Shown: positions 1 to 8,764, numbered from the stretch's first letter. The stretch is DNA of 20,000 nt from an uncultured virus (IMG/VR IMGVR_UViG_3300032167_007852) (IMGVR_UViG_3300032167_007852:108250-128249); one strand, 5' to 3'. Notes: generated by a model not told the origin, from the letters alone. Translations and numbers: made by a program.

Positions 1-211
1 TGCTATAAATGAATCAATGTTTACTGACTTTATTAAAGAAGAATCTAAGAACTTTAAGTTAGTTAAAAACGTTGAAGAAGTTATAGGAGATACATTCAAA
101 TTAACTAAAGACTTAAACAACATAATAATTAAAGAAGGAACTGATACTTATTATGTTAAAGTTGAAGACAAGATAAAACATGATATAAGAAATTTCATGA
201 GTAAATTTTAA
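1..211 (+). CDS. 3' end of a hypothetical protein, probably truncated by the window edge
   Basis: The frame of ORF 17..211 is open back to position 2 (gct ata aat gaa tca atg). No RBS precedes the ATG at 17. Confidence 0.6.
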   Translation, partial: AINESMFTDFIKEESKNFKLVKNVEEVIGDTFKLTKDLNNIIIKEGTDTYYVKVEDKIKHDIRNFMSKF

Positions 212-259
212 TACAGATATGTTTGTACTGGCGTACAGACGGCAATAGGAGGTTAATTG

Positions 260-532
260 ATGCGGGATGTTAATATTCGTTTATATAGCACAGTCTATAT
301 GAACAATTTAACTTACGAAGAAGCTTTAGTTCATTGTAAATCTGGAGCATATATAACTAGACCTGAATGGAATGGATTTCATTATATAGAAAATGGTATT
401 TATAAAATAATGCTTAAAGAAGGTATTATATTAGAAAACCCTGATGAAATTTATGGAAAAGGTGCAAATGATTGGTGTGTTGTAGATATTACAATGGAAG
501 CTTTTAATATTATGATAAATGATGAAAAATAA
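260..532 (+). CDS. DUF2829/Tad2-like protein (candidate Thoeris anti-defence sponge)
   Basis: RBS AGGAGG at ~247-252. LTYEEALVHCKSGAYITRPEWNG...ANDWCVV matches the DUF2829 pattern (F.EAL..lK.G..v.R..WNG...a.DW.iv). Confidence 0.65.
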   Translation: MRDVNIRLYSTVYMNNLTYEEALVHCKSGAYITRPEWNGFHYIENGIYKIMLKEGIILENPDEIYGKGANDWCVVDITMEAFNIMINDEK

Positions 533-562
533 GATATAGGCTAAAGCCTATATCTTATTTTT
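525..562. terminator. Bidirectional intrinsic terminator between convergent genes
   Basis: AAAAATAAGATATAGGC-TAAA-GCCTATATCTTATTTTT: perfect 17-bp inverted repeat with A/T tails on both sides. Confidence 0.9.
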
Positions 563-3124
563 TTATGCTCTAACGTAAACCTCAAATCTTTCAGTTACAT
601 CTGAAAATCCTTCAGTTTTTAATGTTATATTAACAGCGGCAGCTTCTGCAGTAAGCATAGTGACAGTTACTGCTAATCTTGAACCACCGTCAAGAACATT
701 TGCAGCGATATCTATAGATGTCTTACTTCTATTAACTTCAAAGTTATAAGTATATGAACTATTATAATTAGTAATGTCTGCATAGAATGTATGTTGTTCT
801 CCAGGTATCATTTGTGATTCATATGCTGATAATATTAATCCCGGTTGATTGATAACCTCAACATAAGCTAATTGAGATACCTCTATTCCATTAACAACAG
901 CTTTAACTGTAATCATTCCTGATTTTTTTAGTGTTAACACACCACTATTATTAATAGTTGCTATACTACTATCAGTAGTTGACCATGTTGCATTAGATTT
1001 ATAACTACTTGGGTTAACTATTAAATTACTAGAAAGATCGACAGTTGTACCTGTTTTTCCTGTATATGTTGCAGCATCAACATCCATTTGAACAGCTATT
1101 ATAGTTATAGCACATGTAGCAGTTTTACTACCGCAAGTTGCAGTTATTGTAGCTGTTCCTGCAGCTTTAGCGGATACAACTCCATTACTATTTACAGTTG
1201 CTACATTTGTATTAGATGATTTCCAACTAACAGTATCTGTAGTATTAGATGGTGTAGCAGTTGCAGTTAGTGTTACACTATTGTCAGCAGAAGTACTATT
1301 TTGATATTTATATAAATTCATCGTATGACTAGTTTTGTTCAAACTTAAACCTGTGCAAGATCTTTCGACTGTAACTGTAATTGAATCTGATTCACTTCCA
1401 CATTTAACTGTTATATCAGCTGTACCTGGGGATTTAGCAAAAATTGTACCTTTAGTACCACCTGAAGTAGCACTAACTATAGCAACACTTGTTTTATTTG
1501 AACTCCATGTTATACTGTCAGTTGTATTAGATGGTTTGATTGTTGGAGTAAATGTTACAGAATCAGTTCCTGATAGATCTAATGTATAAGTTGATTTAGA
1601 TAAACTCACGGAAGTACAAGAAGCTATAACTGTAACAGTACATGTAGCTGTTCTATTACCACAAGTAGCAGTTAGAGTAGCAGTACCAATTCCTTGAGCT
1701 GTAATCAATCCTGTCGTTGTCACGTTAACAACACTGGTATCACTTGATTTCCATGTTATTATATCTGTTGTATCAGATGGTGTGACTGTAGCCTTGACTA
1801 ATGTTGCTGAAGTTCCTGATAAATCTAATGCATACGATGATTGTTCTAATCTTATTCCGGCACACGATTTACCAGTATTAACCCTTATACTATCAAAATA
1901 TTTACCACAAATTGCTTGAACATGGGCAGAACCTACACCAGTGATACTTAAATACCCCTCTCCATTAACACTCATAACATTATCACCATCATCTAATATA
2001 GTCCATTGAACAGTTTCATCACAATTTTGTGGAGTTATATTTAATAACGTATTTAAATTATACATAAAGTTACTTGTATATTCTAATTCGATTTCATCTT
2101 GTGTAAATGATAATCCAGTACATGGCACATTTACTTCTTCAGAAGTGTCAACACCAGTACCAAGAACATATACAGATTTACGTATTAAATAAATAGTATT
2201 TATATTAATAAACTCTTCAAGACTATCTCCTGTATCAATATTACGTTTAAAGTATAGACCTAAATACCCAACACCATTTACAAGGTCAACATCAAGTGAA
2301 TGTTTATTAACTCCTTGTTTTAGTGCTATAACGGTTCTATCTTCAACAAACGTTGTACCGTCTACATCTGTAGGGTTACCGTTCTGATACCCTTGTTGTC
2401 CAGTTTTATTATTTCTAGTTAATCCTATTATAGTTGAATGGTCTGCTGCATTTGTTATATCCATATGCATAACATCATATTCTCCAAAATCAACTTTGTT
2501 AGCCCAACTGAACCATATCGTACCATAGTTACTAGTCGAACCGGCTAATGTAAGGAAAATGTTATCAGTTGCATAACTAAACTTACTCGTATCACTAGGA
2601 TGAACTATCTGACCAAACTCACTATTATTATTTACAACTCCTCGATTATATAAATATAATGTTTGTTCTTTAACATGTACTTTACAAGCAACACTCTTTT
2701 TATCACATGTTACTATTATATCACATGTACCTAAATTTACAGGATGTATAGATCCATCTCTATTAACCGTTGCAACATCAGTATTACTAGATGTAAAAGT
2801 TACTTCCTCAGTACAATTCGAAGGTGTAACTTTAACTGATAGTTTGAATGAATTATCGACTGTATTTGTAAGTACTAATTCTCTGGCATTTAATTCTATT
2901 TTTTCACATGGTCTATAATTATAAACCAATTTACCATTAAAATACATTGAGCGAACTTGTTTCATTCCTGCTTCAAAAGCAACCTGATCATCAGAAACTT
3001 TAGATTCACCAACAATAGCTTTCCCTACAATAGCAACCTCTTCATCCGTTAACGATGGTCTGTCTTTTGTATAGATATGATATATAAGAGGGTTTTTTCC
3101 ATTAAGTCCTAAATTGTTTAACAT
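563..3124 (-). CDS. Ig-like (Big_2) repeat protein, probable virion adhesin/decoration protein, 853 aa
   Basis: About six repeats of C..l.L...(V)TPSNTTD.vtW.SS.t.VAtV...G.i.A...GtAtITAtCG, plus a non-Ig insert at ~aa 152-320. RBS AGGGGG. Confidence 0.85.
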   Translation of the reverse strand: MLNNLGLNGKNPLIYHIYTKDRPSLTDEEVAIVGKAIVGESKVSDDQVAFEAGMKQVRSMYFNGKLVYNYRPCEKIELNARELVLTNTVDNSFKLSVKVTPSNCTEEVTFTSSNTDVATVNRDGSIHPVNLGTCDIIVTCDKKSVACKVHVKEQTLYLYNRGVVNNNSEFGQIVHPSDTSKFSYATDNIFLTLAGSTSNYGTIWFSWANKVDFGEYDVMHMDITNAADHSTIIGLTRNNKTGQQGYQNGNPTDVDGTTFVEDRTVIALKQGVNKHSLDVDLVNGVGYLGLYFKRNIDTGDSLEEFININTIYLIRKSVYVLGTGVDTSEEVNVPCTGLSFTQDEIELEYTSNFMYNLNTLLNITPQNCDETVQWTILDDGDNVMSVNGEGYLSITGVGSAHVQAICGKYFDSIRVNTGKSCAGIRLEQSSYALDLSGTSATLVKATVTPSDTTDIITWKSSDTSVVNVTTTGLITAQGIGTATLTATCGNRTATCTVTVIASCTSVSLSKSTYTLDLSGTDSVTFTPTIKPSNTTDSITWSSNKTSVAIVSATSGGTKGTIFAKSPGTADITVKCGSESDSITVTVERSCTGLSLNKTSHTMNLYKYQNSTSADNSVTLTATATPSNTTDTVSWKSSNTNVATVNSNGVVSAKAAGTATITATCGSKTATCAITIIAVQMDVDAATYTGKTGTTVDLSSNLIVNPSSYKSNATWSTTDSSIATINNSGVLTLKKSGMITVKAVVNGIEVSQLAYVEVINQPGLILSAYESQMIPGEQHTFYADITNYNSSYTYNFEVNRSKTSIDIAANVLDGGSRLAVTVTMLTAEAAAVNITLKTEGFSDVTERFEVYVRA

Positions 3125-3137
3125 TATTATTACCCCC

Positions 3138-4178
3138 TTAATCTATAATTATATACAATCTTCCATGTTCTACTCTAGTCAGAGCTTGATACTCTGCATT
3201 TGTACCTACCCAAAATTTAAGATATTGCTCTTTAACTTCATCTACAACTTCATGTAAATCTTCTATATCTTTATGTAATCCTGTAGCAGGATCGTCGTCT
3301 TTAGCAGGTGTTCCTACTAAATTTTGTAGTTCGTTTATTTTTTCTAATAAAGGTACTGTATATGTATTACCATCAACATATCCTACCATTTGTTTAATAT
3401 CATTAATATCTTTAATTATACCGTCTCTGGCTTCTTCATCACCTTCAGTATTGGCACCTATTAGTTCTCTTAGTTCCTCTAATTGTTGGATTAATCCTTT
3501 TTGATCTCCTTCGGCTTCTATACCAACAAATTCTTCTAAGTTATCAAGTCTATCTTGTAAATTAGACCCTCCTTCTTCTTCATCTCCTAGACCAACAAAT
3601 GTTTTTATATCTTGTATTTCTTTTTCATTAGTTACTTGCTTTCCTTCAAGTACTGCAATTCTATTACTGTTTAGTTGTATATTATTTTTATTCGTTTGCA
3701 CTTGTGCATTAATTCCAGTTACTACTTGATCTATACTACCTTGTAAATTACCAGCAGTTTGTTTTATGTTATTAATTTCTGTATTTATATTAAGTATATT
3801 AGTTGTATTCGTAGAAACTTTTTCAGTAATTTTTGATAGTTCATCTCTATGCTCTTTATCTAAAATAAGAGCTTGTTCAGCCATTTGAGCTATTTGTTTT
3901 TTAATTGAAGACAAATCCCCATTAACTATAGTCTCTTGTCTTTGTTCTAGTTTTTCTACAGCTTCTTGTATAAGTCTTAAATCGTTAATAACTTCCCATC
4001 TTCCAGGAGATCCAGCTAATACACACACCCAACCAAATACTCCATTTTCTTGTTTATTGGATATAACTATATCACCAACTATAAAGTCACCTTGTGTTGG
4101 AGGGTTATCTAGACAAAGCATCTTATTATTATCAAAAAATCCGGCTTCATCATTACTTATATATAAGCGTTTTTTCAT
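3138..4178 (-). CDS. Coiled-coil fibre/stalk protein, paralogue of 5188..6669
   Basis: N-terminal PPTQGDFIVGDIVIS...GWVCVLAGSPGRW motif, heptad-rich middle, C-terminal FWVGTNAEYQAL...LYIIID motif typical of phage fibre proteins. Confidence 0.75.
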   Translation of the reverse strand: MKKRLYISNDEAGFFDNNKMLCLDNPPTQGDFIVGDIVISNKQENGVFGWVCVLAGSPGRWEVINDLRLIQEAVEKLEQRQETIVNGDLSSIKKQIAQMAEQALILDKEHRDELSKITEKVSTNTTNILNINTEINNIKQTAGNLQGSIDQVVTGINAQVQTNKNNIQLNSNRIAVLEGKQVTNEKEIQDIKTFVGLGDEEEGGSNLQDRLDNLEEFVGIEAEGDQKGLIQQLEELRELIGANTEGDEEARDGIIKDINDIKQMVGYVDGNTYTVPLLEKINELQNLVGTPAKDDDPATGLHKDIEDLHEVVDEVKEQYLKFWVGTNAEYQALTRVEHGRLYIIID

Positions 4179-4212
4179 TCCATATCACTCCTTTTCTATT
4201 AAATTCTATACG

Positions 4213-4226
4213 CTTATCTGATTGTT
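4213..4226 (-). promoter_or_regulatory. Putative late promoter (AACAATCAGATAAG)
   Basis: Shares AACAATC-N2-ATAA with 6698-6711 and 15483-15496. Intergenic, upstream of a virion-type gene. Fits the AR9 late consensus AACA-N6-TA. Confidence 0.65.
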
Positions 4227-4239
4227 TTTATAGCCTTAA

Positions 4240-5175
4240 TTAGGTTACTGTAACCTTACAATCTGCAGAACACTTACCACATTTAAATGTTATGACAGTT
4301 GCTCCTGATTGAAAAATACCATTTGAGAATACATACCATTTTCCACCAATACATTCAACATATACCATATCTGGATTATGTACTGTACAAGTTACAACAT
4401 CAGTTGTATTTGCTGGTTCAACCGTCACATTAATTAATTGACCTCCACCATTTTCAGGTAATATGTTTTCATTATCAACTGTAACTTCCTCATCACATGT
4501 TATTTTTGTACAAGGTATATTAGTATCAATTACATTAACAACACAATTATCCATTTTATTACCACATCTACCAGTAATAGTACATGTTCCCATAGATAAA
4601 GTTTTTATCCAGAATTCATCGGTACCTGTGCTATGATGTTCAACTTCTATAATATTTGGATCTGATAACTCGTAAGTAACTTCATCTTCACAATCGTCAG
4701 GTGTTATTATATATTTAAGTTTATAGTAAGTTTTATCAACAACTTCAAGATTTACTTGATTTTCATTAAATTTAAAACTTCTACAACTACGATCGTTAAT
4801 TATACTTAAATTGATAGTGTCACTATAAGATTCACAAGTAGTAGTTACTAATATATTCAATTCATCAACATCTAAACTAATATCCCCAACTAATCTTGTT
4901 AATACACCATTAGATATACTAAAATAACTATTAGATTCTATAGACCAAATTACTGGTTCTGTGCAATCATTAGGTGATATATTATAATCAATATTATAAG
5001 TATCTCCAGCACTACCTTCTAGTGGAATCGATATCGATTCTTCTATAATATTTAATCCTGTGCATGGTATGTATTCGTAAATTATATCATCATTAAAAAC
5101 CATTCTCCTAATTCTCTTATTATAAGTACGATACTTTGGAGGTTTCCCTCCATTAATGTATAATTTATTTATCAT
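4240..5175 (-). CDS. Ig-like (Big_2-type) repeat protein with three Cys-rich repeats, paralogue of 563..3124
   Basis: Repeats begin PCTGLNI / SCRSFKF / PCTKITC and contain P.dc.d.V motifs. N-terminal RRMVFNDDIIYEYIPC resembles RSMYFNGKLVYNYRPC in the 853-aa protein. RBS AGGAGG. Confidence 0.75.
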   Translation of the reverse strand: MINKLYINGGKPPKYRTYNKRIRRMVFNDDIIYEYIPCTGLNIIEESISIPLEGSAGDTYNIDYNISPNDCTEPVIWSIESNSYFSISNGVLTRLVGDISLDVDELNILVTTTCESYSDTINLSIINDRSCRSFKFNENQVNLEVVDKTYYKLKYIITPDDCEDEVTYELSDPNIIEVEHHSTGTDEFWIKTLSMGTCTITGRCGNKMDNCVVNVIDTNIPCTKITCDEEVTVDNENILPENGGGQLINVTVEPANTTDVVTCTVHNPDMVYVECIGGKWYVFSNGIFQSGATVITFKCGKCSADCKVTVT

Positions 5176-5187
5176 CGGAACACCTCC

Positions 5188-6669
5188 TTAATCTGTTATT
5201 ATGTATAGTCTATTTGGATCTTTTGTTGGTATTGCATCAAATTGATCCTGTGTCCCAATCCAGAATGTAAGAAATCCTTCATGACCATGTGTTTTAGGTG
5301 CAAAGATATCACTATAATCATGAGTATGATTTATATCCGAATACACACCATCATGTTCATGTGTTTTAGGTGCAAAGATATCACTATAATCATGAGTATG
5401 ATTTATATCCGAATACACACCATCATGTTCATGTGTTTTAGGTGCATAATCGTCATCATGATTATGATCATTCATTTGACTTTTAAGTGTTGTAATATCA
5501 TTCGTATTAGTATTTATTTTCTTATTAACATCAGTTAAATCTACTCCTTCAGGTATATCTAAATCATTTATCATACCTCTAAGTTTTTCTATATCAACAT
5601 CGTGCCCATCAACTCTACCTTTAAGAGTATCAATATCTCTAGCATTATCTGATATATTCGTTTTATTTGTATTTATATCTTTAATAACATCAGTTAAATC
5701 CACTTCTTCAGGTATATCTAAATCATTTATCATATCTTTCAGTTCTTCTAGATCAGCATCATGCCCATCAACTCTACCTTTAAGAGTATTAATATCTCCA
5801 GCATTAGTAGATATATTTGTGGTATTGGTATTTATTTTCTTATTAACATCAGTTAAATCTACTTCTTCTGGTATTTCTAGTCCATCTAAGTCCTCTCTCA
5901 ACTTAGCTATATCTGTATCATTAGAGGCGATATTATTTTTATTTGTATTTATATCCTTTATAATATCAGTTAAATCCACTTCTTCTGGTATATCTAAACC
6001 TGCAATTAAATCAAATAATTCATCTATGTCTCCTTTATTATTGGATATATTAGTTATATTATTATCAACTTTTCTTTTTAATTCAGATATATCTGATGTA
6101 TGTATATCAATATTACCAGTATTCGTCTGAACCTTTCCTTTTAATTCTTCGATATTAGTATCATTTTCTCCAATATTCGTAGTATTTACATTTACTTTTT
6201 TAGTAAGTTCAGCTATAGATTCTCTAAGTTCACTTCCTAAACTAGTATTACTTCCTCCTAATGCAGCAACATCAGCTAATAACTTAGTTATGTTGCCTGT
6301 ATTGATTTGAACTTGATCGTCTATATCATTAATATTACTATCTTGAGAAACATTTTTATTTTTAAGTTCATCATAAAGTTTTTCAAGTCTTTGTCTTAAT
6401 GCACTTATAAGATCATCATGTGTAACATCTTTATTTTGTAATTCTTTAATCGCTTCTTTAATAGCACCAAGATCTGCAACAGATCTCCATGTACCAGGTT
6501 CTCCTGATCTGATACAAACCCACCCAAGCGTTTCTTTTTCCTGATGACTTGATATAACAATGTCACCTACTTTGTATGATCCAGTTGTTGGAGGTTCTGG
6601 TAAGCAATGTAATTGGTGTTCTGCAAAATATGAAGCTTCTATATTACTTACATACTTTCTTGTAGCCAT
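5188..6669 (-). CDS. Coiled-coil fibre/stalk protein with internal repeats and HxH motifs, 493 aa
   Basis: N-terminal PPTTGSYKVGDIVIS...GWVCIRSGEPGTW, four LDIPEEVDLTD-like repeats, HxH repeats, C-terminal FWIGTQDQFDAIPTKDPNRLYIITD. Confidence 0.8.
   Translation of the reverse strand: MATRKYVSNIEASYFAEHQLHCLPEPPTTGSYKVGDIVISSHQEKETLGWVCIRSGEPGTWRSVADLGAIKEAIKELQNKDVTHDDLISALRQRLEKLYDELKNKNVSQDSNINDIDDQVQINTGNITKLLADVAALGGSNTSLGSELRESIAELTKKVNVNTTNIGENDTNIEELKGKVQTNTGNIDIHTSDISELKRKVDNNITNISNNKGDIDELFDLIAGLDIPEEVDLTDIIKDINTNKNNIASNDTDIAKLREDLDGLEIPEEVDLTDVNKKINTNTTNISTNAGDINTLKGRVDGHDADLEELKDMINDLDIPEEVDLTDVIKDINTNKTNISDNARDIDTLKGRVDGHDVDIEKLRGMINDLDIPEGVDLTDVNKKINTNTNDITTLKSQMNDHNHDDDYAPKTHEHDGVYSDINHTHDYSDIFAPKTHEHDGVYSDINHTHDYSDIFAPKTHGHEGFLTFWIGTQDQFDAIPTKDPNRLYIITD
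5286..5446. repeat. Perfect 72-bp in-frame tandem repeat (2 copies + 17-bp partial)
   Basis: CATGTGTTTTAGGTGCA starts at 5286, 5358 and 5430. The unit encodes APKTHEHDGVYSDINHTHDYSDIF on the minus strand. Confidence 0.95.
5500..6000. repeat. Four imperfect in-frame repeats encoding (L)DIPEEVDLTDV.K.INTN
   Basis: ATCAGTTAAATCYACT recurs four times (~5530, 5689, 5847, 5965), with shared flanks such as TGCCCATCAACTCTACCTTTAAGAGTAT. Confidence 0.9.
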
Positions 6670-6697
6670 TTCAGCTCATCTCCTTTACTTATTATTT

Positions 6698-6711
6698 ATT
6701 ATGGGATTGTT
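6698..6711 (-). promoter_or_regulatory. Putative late promoter (AACAATCCCATAAT)
   Basis: Lies between the terminator at 6722-6756 and the RBS of the 493-aa fibre gene. Same motif as 4213-4226 and 15483-15496. Confidence 0.65.
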
Positions 6712-6721
6712 TTTGAGCCAG

Positions 6722-6756
6722 AAAAAAGATATAGTATGACCTAGTCATACTATATC
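6722..6756 (-). terminator. Intrinsic terminator
   Basis: GATATAGTATGAC-cta-GTCATACTATATC, 13-bp stem followed by T6 on the minus strand, directly after the stop of 6755..6973. Confidence 0.9.
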
Positions 6757-6973
6757 AATTATTTAAAATATCTAATATATTTATAGGTAATATCATTTCA
6801 TGACCATGTTCATCTCTAACTTCCAAAACTGTAGTTTCTCCATCAATTTTAGCAATCATTTTACAATCACCATCAAAACCACTGTCCTTTAATAATCCTA
6901 TAACTGCTAGTTTAGAACCATCATCCAATATTTCCCATAATAAATTATTATATAATTTTATTGGTTCTTCCAT
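6755..6973 (-). CDS. Hypothetical protein, 72 aa
   Basis: RBS GAAGGTG; tightly packed in the minus-strand operon. Confidence 0.75.
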   Translation of the reverse strand: MEEPIKLYNNLLWEILDDGSKLAVIGLLKDSGFDGDCKMIAKIDGETTVLEVRDEHGHEMILPINILDILNN

Positions 6974-6986
6974 ATAATCACCTTCT

Positions 6987-7211
6987 TCATCTTGTAAATT
7001 GTCTTATTGAATTGTGTGTATTTATAACAAGACAAAGAACATTATCTTCATCTAATACCAACACAACATCTTTTAATTCATGTTTATGTTCATCCATATA
7101 ATATTCAAGCCAATCATGTTGTTCTTGAGTTAATTTCTTACATATAGCTAGATTCTTAACCAATCTATTAAATTCTCCTATTTTAATTGGGCATGGTATT
7201 CCTTTTTTCAT
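6987..7211 (-). CDS. Hypothetical protein, 74 aa
   Basis: RBS AGGAGG; operon context. Confidence 0.8.
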   Translation of the reverse strand: MKKGIPCPIKIGEFNRLVKNLAICKKLTQEQHDWLEYYMDEHKHELKDVVLVLDEDNVLCLVINTHNSIRQFTR

Positions 7212-7223
7212 ATAAATTTCCTC

Positions 7224-8297
7224 CTATTCATTTAACAATTTGTGTTGTACTATACTCATTAATTCTTCAACTTCAGTTAATTCATTTGTATCCATTTCAA
7301 AATAACTGTATATAGGTACATTCATCTTAAATACATGATTAAAACAACCTAAACAACATAACATTTGAATATGTTCAGTTCCTTCTTCTGTTTTAAGATT
7401 ATAAACTAACATGTACCAATTATAAATATATTGATCTATTTTATTTGCTAAATCACCTTCTATTTCTGCATAACTTCTAGGTAATACAACTCTAAATTGT
7501 TCTTGTTCTATGAAATCATACATATTCTCTATTTTTATACCTTGTTTAGGTACATCATTAACTATATCTCTGTATGCTACTAAACTACAAGAACCTATTG
7601 TTGATAACTTAACCTCATTAGCATAATTATTAACACAATATTCAATATATTCTTCATTTGATAAAATTCTTATATTTTCACCTACAGAATCTAATAAGAA
7701 TTGTCTATTTTCATCATCAAGTTTCATTCTTATAAATAAATCATCAGCAACTATAACATCATCTAACGACATAGCTATAGTTACAAGTTTTTCCATTAAT
7801 TCATCATAATTACTAAATATAACTAAAATATCCATCAATTCATCATATTTACCACATGTTAAAAAGAAATAAAATAAATCTTTAATAGAAGCAGAAACTC
7901 TAATATTTACTAACTTACTATTAGGTTCTAAATATTCTATTTCTTTTTTAGACATATTAAGTTTAATTAATTCTTGTTGTATTTCAACATACTCAGTTAT
8001 TAATCTTTCATACTCTTTCTCAAATTTTTCATTTGGAAATTCCATTCTAACAAAACTGATATCATTAGGAACTAATCCAACACTTATATTTTTCATTGAT
8101 AAAAGAGTTGTATAAGCCAATGTATCTACATCTTCCAATATGAAAGAAATATTAAAACTATCTAAATCATCTAATACATTTCTTATTCTTTTATTGTTAA
8201 TAAAACTTTTTTCTTCTTGTACAAATCCTAACAATGCTTCTGCAACATCATTTAAACCTGTTTCAAAAAAATCACTATTTTCAATCGTTAATATCAT
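7224..8297 (-). CDS. Acidic protein with remote, degenerate ThyX (flavin-dependent thymidylate synthase)-like fold
   Basis: SFNISFILEDVDTLAYTTL and KKEIEYLEPNSKLVNIRVSASIKDLFYFF resemble ThyX segments, but the RHRx7S motif is absent. RBS AAGGAG. The CDS is solid; the fold call is tentative. Confidence 0.5.
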   Translation of the reverse strand: MILTIENSDFFETGLNDVAEALLGFVQEEKSFINNKRIRNVLDDLDSFNISFILEDVDTLAYTTLLSMKNISVGLVPNDISFVRMEFPNEKFEKEYERLITEYVEIQQELIKLNMSKKEIEYLEPNSKLVNIRVSASIKDLFYFFLTCGKYDELMDILVIFSNYDELMEKLVTIAMSLDDVIVADDLFIRMKLDDENRQFLLDSVGENIRILSNEEYIEYCVNNYANEVKLSTIGSCSLVAYRDIVNDVPKQGIKIENMYDFIEQEQFRVVLPRSYAEIEGDLANKIDQYIYNWYMLVYNLKTEEGTEHIQMLCCLGCFNHVFKMNVPIYSYFEMDTNELTEVEELMSIVQHKLLNE

Positions 8298-8309
8298 CTT
8301 ATCAGCTCC

Positions 8310-8597
8310 TTACATTAAATCTAAATTTACGTCTATAAATTTATTGACTATTTCAACATACTGAACTTTAAATTCTCTTATGTTTTCTAATCCTTTATAT
8401 TCATATTCTTCTATTGTAAAAACATCTTTGTATAAATCGTAAGGTATCCATTGATCGGTTTTTACTAAAAAATCAATCCATTGAATAAGGTGTTTCTTCT
8501 CAAAAAATTCATCTACTGTTAAATCAAATACATGTTTTGAACCATTTAAACAGATTAAAGTTATTTGATATCCCTTATATTCATGATTTATTTCCAT
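8310..8597 (-). CDS. Hypothetical protein, 95 aa
   Basis: RBS AGGGGTG; operon context. Confidence 0.8.
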   Translation of the reverse strand: MEINHEYKGYQITLICLNGSKHVFDLTVDEFFEKKHLIQWIDFLVKTDQWIPYDLYKDVFTIEEYEYKGLENIREFKVQYVEIVNKFIDVNLDLM

Positions 8598-8608
8598 TGT
8601 CTCACCCC

Positions 8609-8764
8609 TTACATGTTATATACTTTTACTGTTTGTTCTTTTCCACATTCACTACACATGATTGTTATCTCAAACCATCCGTCATCAGTTTCTTGAGAAT
8701 AATGTGTTACATCATGTACTGTTTCTTTTCCACATTCTTTACAAAAAATAATAGTTACATCCAT
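8609..8764 (-). CDS. Zinc-ribbon mini-protein, 51 aa (not in ORF track)
   Basis: Manual translation MDVTIIFCKECGKETVHDVTHYSQETDDGWFEITIMCSECGKEQTVKVYNM*, with two CxxC motifs. RBS GGGGTGA. Confidence 0.85.
   Translation of the reverse strand: MDVTIIFCKECGKETVHDVTHYSQETDDGWFEITIMCSECGKEQTVKVYNM

Noticed and set aside
220..241. Small GC-richer hairpin GTTTGTAC-tggc-GTACAGAC before the Tad2-like gene
   Set aside because: Short stem, no U-tract, single occurrence.
1335..1589. + strand ORF, 84 aa
   Set aside because: Antisense shadow of the Ig-repeat gene; no RBS.
5286..5446. 72-bp periodic repeat as a possible CRISPR array
   Set aside because: Units are identical with no unique spacers and are in frame within a CDS.
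5242..6130. + strand ORFs 5242..5538 (Cys/Met-rich repeats) and 5819..6130
   Set aside because: Antisense readings of the repeats in the 493-aa fibre gene.
563..6669. Diversity-generating retroelement targeting the Ig/fibre genes
   Set aside because: No reverse transcriptase and no template/variable repeat pair with adenine-specific differences seen in this window.
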